Source of the DNA: a virus
Virus record (IMG/VR): IMGVR_UViG_3300016657_000126
Location: 1-24,884 of that record
Strand: one strand, 5' to 3'
DNA length: 24,884 bases
The notes under the pieces were generated by a model. The model saw only the letters and a program-made list of their open reading frames with translations. It was not told where the DNA came from and made no database searches. Shown piece after piece: positions 18,001 to 24,884 of this stretch (positions are counted from its first letter, which is position 1; each line of letters begins with the position of its first letter). Made by a program: the position numbers and the translations under genes.

Positions 18001-19454
18001 ATCATGTAGTCGGCGACCATATTGATGGTGGCGCCGTCCGAGCTGGTCGCGTCCTGCTCCAGACTGATAAACGCGCCATCCGGGCCGTTGGACATGTCCG
18101 ACAACGCCGGCACCGCCACACGGGCCTCCTGCGTCACCGTGTTGTAGCTCGAGCTGTAGCCGAACGGAGCCACCTGCACGCCGCCGAAGGTCGTGCCATC
18201 GCCCACCCAGAGGCGCTTTTTGTCCGTGGTCCACCAGGCCTCTCCGTTGAGGGGCACGCCCACCAGGCGCTCGGCGTCGGTACCGCGCCGGAACTGAAGC
18301 GACAGGTTGGTCTTGTCGATCAGGTCGTTGACGTTGCCCGACGCATTGGTGCGTGCCAGCTTGCTGGCTCCTCCGGAGGTGGACGCGGATGTCGCGGTGC
18401 CGCCCACGGCACCGCCGTCGATGGTGATGCCTCCGGTGCCTTGAATCAGCAGAGGTCCTCCGGTCACCAGTCCGGCGTCGGTGTCCGTGAAATAAAGCGA
18501 GCAGTAGTTACCATCATCCAAAGTCAGCGCTATCGTGTTGTCTTGGAAAATCAGCGCGCCGGGCCCGCTACCTGTGGCCAGGTAGCTCTGCGCGTTGAAA
18601 TACGCATCGGCGTTAGAGTAGATCGAGACGTTGGCGTCGGCATGAACGTCGATCGCGCCGTTAAGCGTGATGTAGCTGGCGTTCGCGGCGTCATGGCGCA
18701 TCTCCATTTGCGCAGGGGCCAGGCTCAGGGTGGCGGCACCTGAACGGATCGACATCGAGGTATCGGCGTTCACGTCCAGCGCACCCTCCGCATTGATAAA
18801 CGCCGCGGCGCCGGCGACCGACATCGCAGCCTGCCCGGTTCCGCTGACCAATCCGGCAGATCCTCCACTCAGGCTTTGAACGGTCGAGTCCGCCCCACCG
18901 CCGGAGGCTTTGTTGAACACCAGGAAGTCGCCTTGGGATACGCCGGCCTCGTCCAGTCCGCTGAAGCTCAGTTTGCCATTGGACGCCGACACGCGCCAAC
19001 GCCGTTCGCCGCTGATGGAGGCGTTGTCCGTGATGTCGAAGCGCGGATTGTTTCCGGATAGCGTCATCTGTGTCGTGAACGCCGGGCTCGCCAACGGAGC
19101 CTTGAGGGCGAGCGAGGCGTTGGTCGAGGCGATGAAGCTGGCGATGTTCTGCGTGACGCCGTCCAAGTAGCTCAGCTCGGTGGGCGTGATGGTCGCGCCA
19201 TTCGCGCTGATGGTGCCGGTGAAGGTCACGGAGCCGGCGAGAGTCGAAGCGCCGGACGTAGCGAGGCCTCCGGCAAGGGTCAGCGTGGAGCCCGCCTCGA
19301 AGGTGACGGCGCGGCCGGCGGGGACTTTGAAATCCTCGGTCAGTCTGTCGCCGGTCGTGGTCTTTGTGATCGCCCGCGGCGCGGTGCCGATGGTGGTGGT
19401 TTGCGCCGTGGCGGTGCACGCCAGGGCCAGCAGCAGGAGGAGCAGTTTCTTCAT
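15015..19454 (-). CDS. Long tail-fibre-like repeat protein with N-terminal signal peptide (1479 aa from ATG 19454)
   Basis: MKKLLLLLLALACTATA|QT; Mtd-N/hyaluronidase-like motif QFRRGT...GEAWWTTDKKRLWVGDG; five GA(L/V)xVxGGxGVxGA repeats; two QTLSNKTL repeats; C-terminal TVTLPTA...IKN...IDG...SITLISDGTEW domain. The first 33 codons of the track ORF overlap the upstream gene. Confidence 0.85.
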   Translation of the reverse strand: MKKLLLLLLALACTATAQTTTIGTAPRAITKTTTGDRLTEDFKVPAGRAVTFEAGSTLTLAGGLATSGASTLAGSVTFTGTISANGATITPTELSYLDGVTQNIASFIASTNASLALKAPLASPAFTTQMTLSGNNPRFDITDNASISGERRWRVSASNGKLSFSGLDEAGVSQGDFLVFNKASGGGADSTVQSLSGGSAGLVSGTGQAAMSVAGAAAFINAEGALDVNADTSMSIRSGAATLSLAPAQMEMRHDAANASYITLNGAIDVHADANVSIYSNADAYFNAQSYLATGSGPGALIFQDNTIALTLDDGNYCSLYFTDTDAGLVTGGPLLIQGTGGITIDGGAVGGTATSASTSGGASKLARTNASGNVNDLIDKTNLSLQFRRGTDAERLVGVPLNGEAWWTTDKKRLWVGDGTTFGGVQVAPFGYSSSYNTVTQEARVAVPALSDMSNGPDGAFISLEQDATSSDGATINMVADYMITAQARYYISLQQMDNGSTLTIGDNIALHAGYSDLTLSTSNINQNKVVVNPYNQTGQPWQGLWVGSDTALYRLASGVLGSENTFRVTSSSTSGRLGGIQSEATTPSFLWHETDASTDNKTWDAIVSGSVLQFRLANDAFSSSNNWMTVGRTGTTPGTVTFPGSTASTTASSGAVVVTGGVGVGGAINATGSVSTAGQFVSNSNVSSSTLTATGVRVNASTTAGGVVQGFGTTADVSFLNRAGTAAMQVLANTTQVQFPGTGTNSGGVAWFGPSTTIANSTGDKLGSVVVMPAAGNSGRVTVARRQTGTWPAGATTIGSFEITGTGTDAGTFVPGAAFTARIGTDLQWGNSAGASGSTAAIQVNAGSTTALTDAMTLTGSAVTIPMSTAANSSSTGALVVTGGVGVGGAVVAGGTASFGALQLNSTPQTTAGRIWYNSDTIRFYGAGERTLVDLSLSQTLSNKTLTAPVLASTSSATDGAVWYTGGAINYSVSGATKVVVSTDQTQTLSNKTLASPTLTGTTSGGTIKATAADGTGEVGGVWSASSIPQFVLKDIDGTTDNKIWRWYLNAEQLRLQLVNDAYSAAASVVTFTRNGNTPGTATWVPPMVFSASNASTSKTSGALVVTGGVGVSGAVNVGGNVSTESKFNVSTASPFAALVANGANVGLSSTNGAVVQGYGSTNDVTLVNRDTNIVLRVPAGTSQVNIPDTTSSSSTTTGALTVGGGVGVAGAVYTGGAVNVGGTNLMLGNAAGEVFSPSNSLVLKANAGFGVSLRVNNSASDAVTVASTGVTTVTASTASTTTGTGALVVTGGLGVGGAINGGATVRANSSTQFVNIDAANRRLSTDGGGPIQIFREGNYASVALTDTSGVEFSRWHADANRRHIWSSPGGVTTYAQINAAGDLQTMFGRAKKVNILTGNFTLDATYHVVVCNSASAFTVTLPTASSNTGREYQIKNKNTGTVTVQGGGNIDGAASTTLGQYQSITLISDGTEWGIY

Positions 19455-19455
19455 T

Positions 19456-20013
19456 TTAGAAAGAGAAGATGAGAACGAGGACGCGGGGGTTGTTATCCTG
19501 ATGGAAGTCGTTGGGGAACACCAGCCCGGCGTCGACGTCCTCGACCGACTCACCGTTCCAGGGTTGGATCTGCCAAAACGAGGCGCGACCGCCGATGGTC
19601 GTGAGCATGATCTGGTTCATGCGCCCCTCGCCGACGGTCGGCTGCGCGGAGAGCGCGGTGTCGATGTCGCTACCCTTATACGCGGTGAGCAGCGTCTTGT
19701 TCTGCACCGCGTTGTTCAGGCCAGTCGCCCGGGCCGCCTCGAACTCGGCGCGCCGCACGTAGAGCCGGTCGGCGTCAGCCTGATTCAGGAACTGCGCGGG
19801 CGGCGCCACGGGCGGGACTGCGGATGTCTGCGCGCCGGTGCGGATGATGATCTGCTTCGAGTCGAGCAACTGCTGCCCCTTGACGTCAAAGCGTTCGGCC
19901 TCGGTCGTGACCGAGCTTTTGGCGGGAATGGCGATGTTGCGCCAAGCGCCGCGTTGCAGCACCTGGAACTGGACAGCGGCGTTGGTGATGTTAGCGATGG
20001 TGACGACGGACAT
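19456..20013 (-). CDS. Hypothetical protein, first gene of the fibre operon, no signal peptide (185 aa)
   Basis: Stop is 1 nt from the fibre ATG; contains FLNQADADRLYVRR, similar to fibre neck motifs, and a Pro/Ala linker between two small domains. Confidence 0.8.
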   Translation of the reverse strand: MSVVTIANITNAAVQFQVLQRGAWRNIAIPAKSSVTTEAERFDVKGQQLLDSKQIIIRTGAQTSAVPPVAPPAQFLNQADADRLYVRRAEFEAARATGLNNAVQNKTLLTAYKGSDIDTALSAQPTVGEGRMNQIMLTTIGGRASFWQIQPWNGESVEDVDAGLVFPNDFHQDNNPRVLVLIFSF

Positions 20014-20019
20014 TCCCCC

Positions 20020-20047
20020 ACAGTAAATCGCGTGTGAGATTGGGCAA
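20020..20047 (-). promoter_or_regulatory. Candidate leaderless promoter of the fibre operon
   Basis: TTGCCC-16 nt-TACTGT-6 nt-ATG, just downstream of a terminator. Confidence 0.4.
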
Positions 20048-20073
20048 CGCTGGCGGAGACAGGCCTGATAGCT

Positions 20074-20108
20074 AAAAAAAAAGCCGCCACACCCGAAGGT
20101 GCAGCGGC
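20074..20108 (-). terminator. Intrinsic terminator with cUUCGg tetraloop
   Basis: GCCGCTGCACC-TTCG-GGTGTGGCGGC (11 bp with two G-U pairs) followed by nine T on the minus strand. Confidence 0.93.
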
Positions 20109-20173
20109 TCCCGGCTGGCGGGCGTCAGCGAGGTTTACACCGCGCCGCCGTCCAGCCCACCAGCCAAGGTGGG

Positions 20174-20746
20174 TCAGCGTTGAGCGATGATGCGCCCGAC
20201 GCGCTCCGCAATCTGCGGCAACAGGTGCTGCACGACCGACAGCGGCGCGATCAGGAACGTCTGCTCCTCGGACTGGTCGAAGCGCCGCTGCATCACGTAG
20301 ACGTGCGTCGGGCCGCGGTCGAAGCCCGCCTTTCCGGTGCAGATACGCACGCTCGCCAGATCCTTGTCGACGTGCGTGTGCGGCGTGGTGACGGCGCGCA
20401 CGAGCATCGAACTGTCCTCGAGCACGTCGAACGCCAGGCGAGGGTGCCCTTGGTGTGCGTTTGCCAGCGTCTTGAATGTGTCCACCAGCGGCCGGAGGTA
20501 GCTGGCGTCGCGCTCGAGCCGTGCCGCCTCGCTGTCGGCACGCAAGGTCTCCAGCATGTCGTAGTGGCGCATGGCGCCGGCGATGTGGTCCATGAACTGG
20601 ACGGCGGGGTCCTTGCGAGCCTCTTCGGCGGCCTTGGTCACAGCGGCCTTCGCGGCGTCGGCATCAGCTTGCGCCAACTCCTTGGCGGACGGCTTGGATT
20701 TCTTGACGGTCTTGCGCGGGGCGCGGGGGGATTTGGAAGCGGGCAT
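20174..20746 (-). CDS. Hypothetical protein with basic N-terminal tail (190 aa)
   Basis: MPASKSPRAPRKTVKKSKPSAK then an Ala-rich helix; fills the space between an AT-rich gap and the terminator. Confidence 0.75.
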   Translation of the reverse strand: MPASKSPRAPRKTVKKSKPSAKELAQADADAAKAAVTKAAEEARKDPAVQFMDHIAGAMRHYDMLETLRADSEAARLERDASYLRPLVDTFKTLANAHQGHPRLAFDVLEDSSMLVRAVTTPHTHVDKDLASVRICTGKAGFDRGPTHVYVMQRRFDQSEEQTFLIAPLSVVQHLLPQIAERVGRIIAQR

Positions 20747-20801
20747 GATAGATGAGAAAGGAAGATGGTTTTATGAAAGTCCGCCGTGAGGCAATAACGC
20801 T

Positions 20802-21599
20802 TTACATGTTCCACGCGCCGCCAATCGCCTTCGGCTTTTCGCCGGCGTTCAGCGCGTCGCGGATACTCTGCAGCGAGCGTCCATTCTGGAACGTGTGTCC
20901 GATTTCTTTTTCGACCTCGCAGTAACGGTCGAGCATGTCAGGGCGCAGCTGCCCGGCCAGCATCAGCGCATCGCGAGGAGCGAAGATGCAGAACGAGCAT
21001 GAAAGGCGCGGCATGCCTTGATCGTAGACCGGATGATGCGGGATGCCGCTCGCGCGGATGTCGTCCCACACCTGCTTCTCTGTCCAGTCGTGGATCGGCA
21101 GCCAATCCCAGACCTCGCGGCTCTTCGTGGAGAAGCGCATGTTCTTAGAGTAGACACTGCGCTTGGCCCGCGCCGGCGATTCCTCTGCGCGGAAACCGAA
21201 GACGTTCAGAATCGGGCCGGGGTCTTCGTGGAAGAGGAGCGACACGATGCGCCCGCCTGGCCCGCGCTTATATTCCGAGGTGCAGAACCTGGTGGTAGAG
21301 CTCGGCCATTTGCCGCGCCGGCGCACGTAGTCGAGAAGTGACAGGTTTTCGCCGCGACGTGTGCGGTAGCTGGCGACCTCGAAACGCAGCCCGTGTAGGC
21401 GCGCCTGCTCGGCCGCCAACTCCCGCGACCCCGGCCACTCCATCTCGCCGAGATCCGCGTGAGCGACCACCAACCTGTCCTTCGGCAAGCCGGCCATCGC
21501 CGCGGCCTCCACGGTGACGCGGAGCGCGGTCTGGCTGTCTTTGCCGCCGGACGAGTTGATGACCACCCAACGCGGGCGGAGCGGTAGGGCGACGCTCAC
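20802..21599 (-). CDS. Phosphoadenosine phosphosulfate (PAPS) reductase family protein, phage type
   Basis: PP-loop SSGGKDS, RFCTSEYK, GFRAEESPARAK, LPIHDWTEKQVW, HPVYDQGMPRLSCSFC (CxxC). GTGA overlap at the start. Confidence 0.92.
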   Translation of the reverse strand: MSVALPLRPRWVVINSSGGKDSQTALRVTVEAAAMAGLPKDRLVVAHADLGEMEWPGSRELAAEQARLHGLRFEVASYRTRRGENLSLLDYVRRRGKWPSSTTRFCTSEYKRGPGGRIVSLLFHEDPGPILNVFGFRAEESPARAKRSVYSKNMRFSTKSREVWDWLPIHDWTEKQVWDDIRASGIPHHPVYDQGMPRLSCSFCIFAPRDALMLAGQLRPDMLDRYCEVEKEIGHTFQNGRSLQSIRDALNAGEKPKAIGGAWNM

Positions 21600-21898
21600 T
21601 TGTAGTTGTCGACCACTTGGGTGTAGATGGCGAAGCGCGTCGACTCGTCCAGGTCGCCGACGTCTGTGAGCCCGGCGCTGTCCTCGACCAGCAGCTGGTC
21701 GTTCTCGTCGATGACCAACCGCTGGTAGGTGTCCCGGAAATCGGGCCCGGCGAAGTCCACCGGGAACGGGAGCTTGAACGAGTTCGTGCCCAGCTTCGGG
21801 AACAGCTTCTTCAGCTCCGGCTCCATGGCGTCCACGGCCTTGGTGAACGCCTCGCGGGCGCGCTCAGCATCCTCTCGGAGAGCCTGTAGCGCGCTCAT
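21596..21898 (-). CDS. Hypothetical acidic protein (100 aa from ATG 21898, MSALQALREDAER...)
   Basis: ATGA overlap with the upstream stop (21895-21898) and GTGA overlap downstream; the longer track start lies inside the upstream gene. Confidence 0.75.
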   Translation of the reverse strand: MSALQALREDAERAREAFTKAVDAMEPELKKLFPKLGTNSFKLPFPVDFAGPDFRDTYQRLVIDENDQLLVEDSAGLTDVGDLDESTRFAIYTQVVDNYK

Positions 21899-23040
21899 TT
21901 GCGAGATCCCCGCTGTTCCAGAACCTCCATCGTGATGGAGTCCATCCCCAGCTCGCGCCGAAGCGCGTTCCACACGGTCAGCGCCTTCGGGTTGGCGCCG
22001 GTGTCCTGCGCCGAACGGAAGTGCTGTTCCTCGACACGCTGCACGAGTTCCTCGGCGCGCGACGCCGCCTTTGCGACGAACACCTTCTCGCCAGGAAACA
22101 ACCAGCACTGTGCGGTGAACCACACACTGCCGTCGCTGTAGCTGGACTTGCCGGGATGCTCGCCGATCTGGCGAGGCCAGGAGCCAGGCGGCTTCGGCGC
22201 GCGCCCGTTCTTGCCCTGCAGCACCTCGTCGTGCCGCGCGAGCAGCGCAGCCGCTTCGTTGTAGCAGCTCGCGTTAAGCACCGCGTCCTCGCCTGGCTTG
22301 GGCGTGGAGTTGAGGATGCGTGACAGGCACGCCGCCATGTCGTGCGCGAGCGCCGCCGTCACCTGCAGGTCGGCGATCTGCTTGCAGCATGCCTCGGCGT
22401 CCACCTGGTGGATCAGGCTGACGGTGCCGGAGTCCTTGCGCGCGGCCTCGTAGAGGGTGCACGGTATACGGGCCGGCGGCCGCTTCATCTGCAGAGCCTC
22501 GGCCCAAACGACGTCGAACGAGATGTTCGTGCTGACGCCCCAGTCGCGCTTGGCCTGGTCGGTCCACTCAGCGTTCTTTCGCGCGTCCTCGCGGAGCATC
22601 CTCGCATCTTCTTCGGCCGTCGCCGCGCGAATCAGCGCCTGCTCCAGTTTCGCGCTGAGCTCGGTCACCTGTGCTTTCACCTGCTCGTGCGTCTTCATGC
22701 ACTCACCGAACTGCATCAGCCTATCCTTGTAGGTGGCCTTGGACGAACGCAACGCGCCATCCACCTTGCCGACGGTTTCGTTGTCGAAATCCATGACCGC
22801 GATCTCGCCGATGATCGCCAGGTTCGCCTCGGCGTTGCGAAGCTCTCCGCGAAGAGCGATCACCTCCTGCCGCGCGCTGTGGAGGTTACGTTCGATTCCC
22901 GCCGCCACCGCCGCCGGCACCACCGGGCAGCCGCACACCAGAATGCACGGGCGCTCCGGCTTGTAGTTGTCTACCAGGGTGAAGAACTCCGTCATTGGAG
23001 TCGGAACTTCCGTCGGCGTGATTTGAGGTTTGTCGGACAT
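21895..23040 (-). CDS. Hypothetical mosaic coiled-coil protein (381 aa)
   Basis: Long ORF in the main direction with heptad stretches; coupled to the downstream gene. Confidence 0.8.
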   Translation of the reverse strand: MSDKPQITPTEVPTPMTEFFTLVDNYKPERPCILVCGCPVVPAAVAAGIERNLHSARQEVIALRGELRNAEANLAIIGEIAVMDFDNETVGKVDGALRSSKATYKDRLMQFGECMKTHEQVKAQVTELSAKLEQALIRAATAEEDARMLREDARKNAEWTDQAKRDWGVSTNISFDVVWAEALQMKRPPARIPCTLYEAARKDSGTVSLIHQVDAEACCKQIADLQVTAALAHDMAACLSRILNSTPKPGEDAVLNASCYNEAAALLARHDEVLQGKNGRAPKPPGSWPRQIGEHPGKSSYSDGSVWFTAQCWLFPGEKVFVAKAASRAEELVQRVEEQHFRSAQDTGANPKALTVWNALRRELGMDSITMEVLEQRGSRK

Positions 23041-23126
23041 CTGCTTTGCGTGATTGAGAATTACGATAGTGGTTCTTGATTCCTTTTAGCGACGGGTGCG
23101 GGTCGCGCCCGATCCTGAGCCGCACG

Positions 23127-23636
23127 TTACTGGACCAGCAGGCGCAACGTGGTTTTGATGACCTCGAGCTCCGTCAGCTTTTCGGCCGCCTGCAGCACGC
23201 AGTGCTCGGGACTCTCTCCGCGGAACGACTGCATACCGAACGTCACCGTCCAGGGCCATTCGTCGGACGCCAGCTGAGAGTTATACGCGATGCGCACATT
23301 TGAAGGTATGGCTTCCGAGTTGGTCAGCCGCTGCACCAGCTCTTCGGCGTCCTTTTGCGAAAGCGCGTTCTGCCCGTCGGGTGTGACGATGGCGAAGGTC
23401 TTGCCGTGCTTGCGCAGAGTCGCCCGGTAGCGGGAATACTCCCAGGCGCTGCCTTCGACGGTGACGGTAGCGCCGACCTTGACAGGCTGCAGCATCACCG
23501 GGTGCTCCATATCGGAGGCGGCCGCCCTGAGGGCTTGGATAAGTGCGTCCTTGTCCTCCTCGCCGATCGTGACCGGTCCGTTGGATATGGTGAGGGCGGT
23601 GGCGAGTTCGGACAGAATTACGTGCGGTGCTTTCAT
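23127..23636 (-). CDS. Hypothetical protein (169 aa)
   Basis: ATGA overlap with the upstream gene; plausible composition. Confidence 0.75.
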   Translation of the reverse strand: MKAPHVILSELATALTISNGPVTIGEEDKDALIQALRAAASDMEHPVMLQPVKVGATVTVEGSAWEYSRYRATLRKHGKTFAIVTPDGQNALSQKDAEELVQRLTNSEAIPSNVRIAYNSQLASDEWPWTVTFGMQSFRGESPEHCVLQAAEKLTELEVIKTTLRLLVQ

Positions 23637-23968
23637 GACTTGGGTGAGGTGAGTTTCTTCATGCGTTCCTCTTCGTGCGCCTCCACGAGCTTGGCGTCGG
23701 AGATCGCCTGCTCCAGCTGCGGCTTGAAGTCGTCGAGGAACCGCTGGGTCAGTTCTACGAACAGCGGATTCTTCGTTGGCTTACCGACGTGCGCCTTCAA
23801 GAAAGCGTCGCGCTGGCGCCGGTGGTGGTCGGCCCATTCCGTGAGCAGGCGCTCGACGTCCTTCTTTGCGGCGTAGGCGTGGATCAGCTTTCCGGTGCCA
23901 ACTTCCTCGTGCACCATGATCTCCTCGTCGTCACCCCATGGCGAGACAGTGAATTCTCGGTAGCTCAT
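23633..23968 (-). CDS. Hypothetical protein (111 aa)
   Basis: ATGA overlaps at both ends. Confidence 0.75.
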   Translation of the reverse strand: MSYREFTVSPWGDDEEIMVHEEVGTGKLIHAYAAKKDVERLLTEWADHHRRQRDAFLKAHVGKPTKNPLFVELTQRFLDDFKPQLEQAISDAKLVEAHEEERMKKLTSPKS

Positions 23969-24269
23969 GCGCCCTTCTTATCCCGCATGGCCTGATATAC
24001 CCTAAGCAGGAGCATCTCGCCCGAAGTAAGCCGGCGAAGACCCATCACGACGTAACCGGGTTGCTGGGCGAAGTCAGTCATGAAGGTGACAACGCGCGCG
24101 CGATCTCGCGCCCATCCGACGTGTTCGTCTTCGGGTCGAAATGTCGCAGCACGAGGACATCACCGACCTTGAAGTCGCGGTCGTTCAGGCGGATCTCGAA
24201 CGGCTTGGCGCCGCTCGCCACCGCGTCGAAGTATTCGGGCCAGGTTTTGAGCTCGTGGACGGGTCTCAT
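23965..24269 (-). pseudogene. DUF3850/ASCH (PUA-like) domain gene interrupted by a 2-nt frameshift in a (CG)5 run
   Basis: MRPVHELKTWPEYFDAVASGAKPFEIRLNDRDFKVGDVLVLR... stops at 24078, but the expected tail VVTFMTDFAQQPGYVVMGL continues in another frame to a TGA at 23967-23965 that overlaps the next ATG. Confidence 0.8.
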
Positions 24270-24884
24270 GATTGAGGAGGGAGGGTTGGAAGCGGCGCCC
24301 ACATCAGCGCAGGGTTGCCGCCCATGCACAGCCACGGGCCGTATTCCTTGTCCGCGGGGTCGAACTTGCGGACGGTCCACGGCGAGTCGGTGTGGTTCCC
24401 GACGCCCGGCCCGAAGCACAGGTAGAAGCCTGGCGCCGGCGGATCGGTGCGACCGAGCTCGAACTTCCAGCCCGCTGCGCCCGGCGAGTAGGGCAGCTCT
24501 ATGTAGGCGACGATGTCCGGAATGTTGGACATCTCGGTGCCGTCGTCGTCCCACCACACGGCGCCATCATGAAAGCCCGTGTCATAGTCCCCGTCGCGAT
24601 CCATCATCAGACACCACTGGTGCGGCTTCGGCAGGCTGTCGGACGTGCGCTTCAGGTGCAGCGCGACAGGCGCGGGAGGCGGGACCGGCTCGGCTTCCTT
24701 CGTCGCGGCATCCGGCGGAGGTATGGCGCGGAACCGCGAGGCGTGGCACATGCGCAGCTTCCCATCCACACGAACGCCGACGTAAGCGGGCCAGACGAAG
24801 CCGCCGTCCGTCGGCGTCCGCGGCTCGTATTCCTCGATTATGTAGTGACCGCCTTCCACAAACGGGTAGCCGTCGGCGTGACAG
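24266..24884 (-). CDS. DUF551-like domain protein, 5'-truncated by the window edge
   Basis: Frame is open upstream of 24859 to the edge. Two DUF551-like units: SDSLPKPHQWCLM...WW...IVAYIELPYSP and DPPAPGFYLC...W...LMWAPLPTLP. Confidence 0.7.
   Translation of the reverse strand, partial: CHADGYPFVEGGHYIIEEYEPRTPTDGGFVWPAYVGVRVDGKLRMCHASRFRAIPPPDAATKEAEPVPPPAPVALHLKRTSDSLPKPHQWCLMMDRDGDYDTGFHDGAVWWDDDGTEMSNIPDIVAYIELPYSPGAAGWKFELGRTDPPAPGFYLCFGPGVGNHTDSPWTVRKFDPADKEYGPWLCMGGNPALMWAPLPTLPPQS

Noticed and set aside
12230-19454. Diversity-generating retroelement, suggested by the Mtd-N-like motif and internal repeats
   Set aside because: No reverse transcriptase in the window; the repeat copies I compared are in-frame and differ mostly at synonymous positions rather than adenine-specifically.
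23041-23126. Possible hairpin (GTGCGG...CCGCAC) or ncRNA in the intergenic gap
   Set aside because: Short stem, large loop, no adjacent U-tract; not distinguishable from chance.
70-23995. Numerous plus-strand ORFs, some long (e.g. 9579-11021, 3206-4186, 15357-16283, 17823-18743)
   Set aside because: Antisense shadows of high-GC minus-strand genes; Arg/Gly/Ala-rich with no motifs, and the minus strand already tiles the window.
24078-24557. 159-aa track ORF as annotated
   Set aside because: Its first 96 codons are an off-frame overlap with the upstream gene; the real start is ATG 24269.
1-24884. tRNA/rRNA genes or alternative genetic code
   Set aside because: No cloverleaf or rRNA-like segment seen, intergenic gaps are short, and genes tile cleanly under the standard code.

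Overview
High-GC bacteriophage DNA, most likely from a large/jumbo tailed phage that encodes its own multi-subunit RNA polymerase. All credible genes are on the minus strand and many are translationally coupled (ATGA/GTGA/TGATG overlaps). Read in the direction of transcription (right to left): (i) ~24.9-20.2 kb, small accessory genes: a DUF551-like protein, a frameshifted DUF3850/ASCH-like gene, several hypotheticals and a PAPS-reductase-family protein, closed by a strong intrinsic terminator; (ii) ~20.0-8.0 kb, a terminator-bounded operon of tail-fibre-like proteins, a fibre-chaperone-like protein, a trypsin-like protease and a papain-like protease, most of which unexpectedly start with Sec or lipoprotein signal peptides; (iii) ~7.9-5.2 kb, a lysis-like membrane/lipoprotein cluster with no recognisable endolysin; (iv) ~4.8-0 kb, the C-terminal half of an RNA polymerase beta-prime subunit interrupted by two related inteins (bridge helix and trigger loop), followed by a zincin-like peptidase and an ORF running off the window edge. 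The best candidate for an undescribed system is the exported tail-fibre-like module. Family assignments are from motif recognition by eye; no searches were run.
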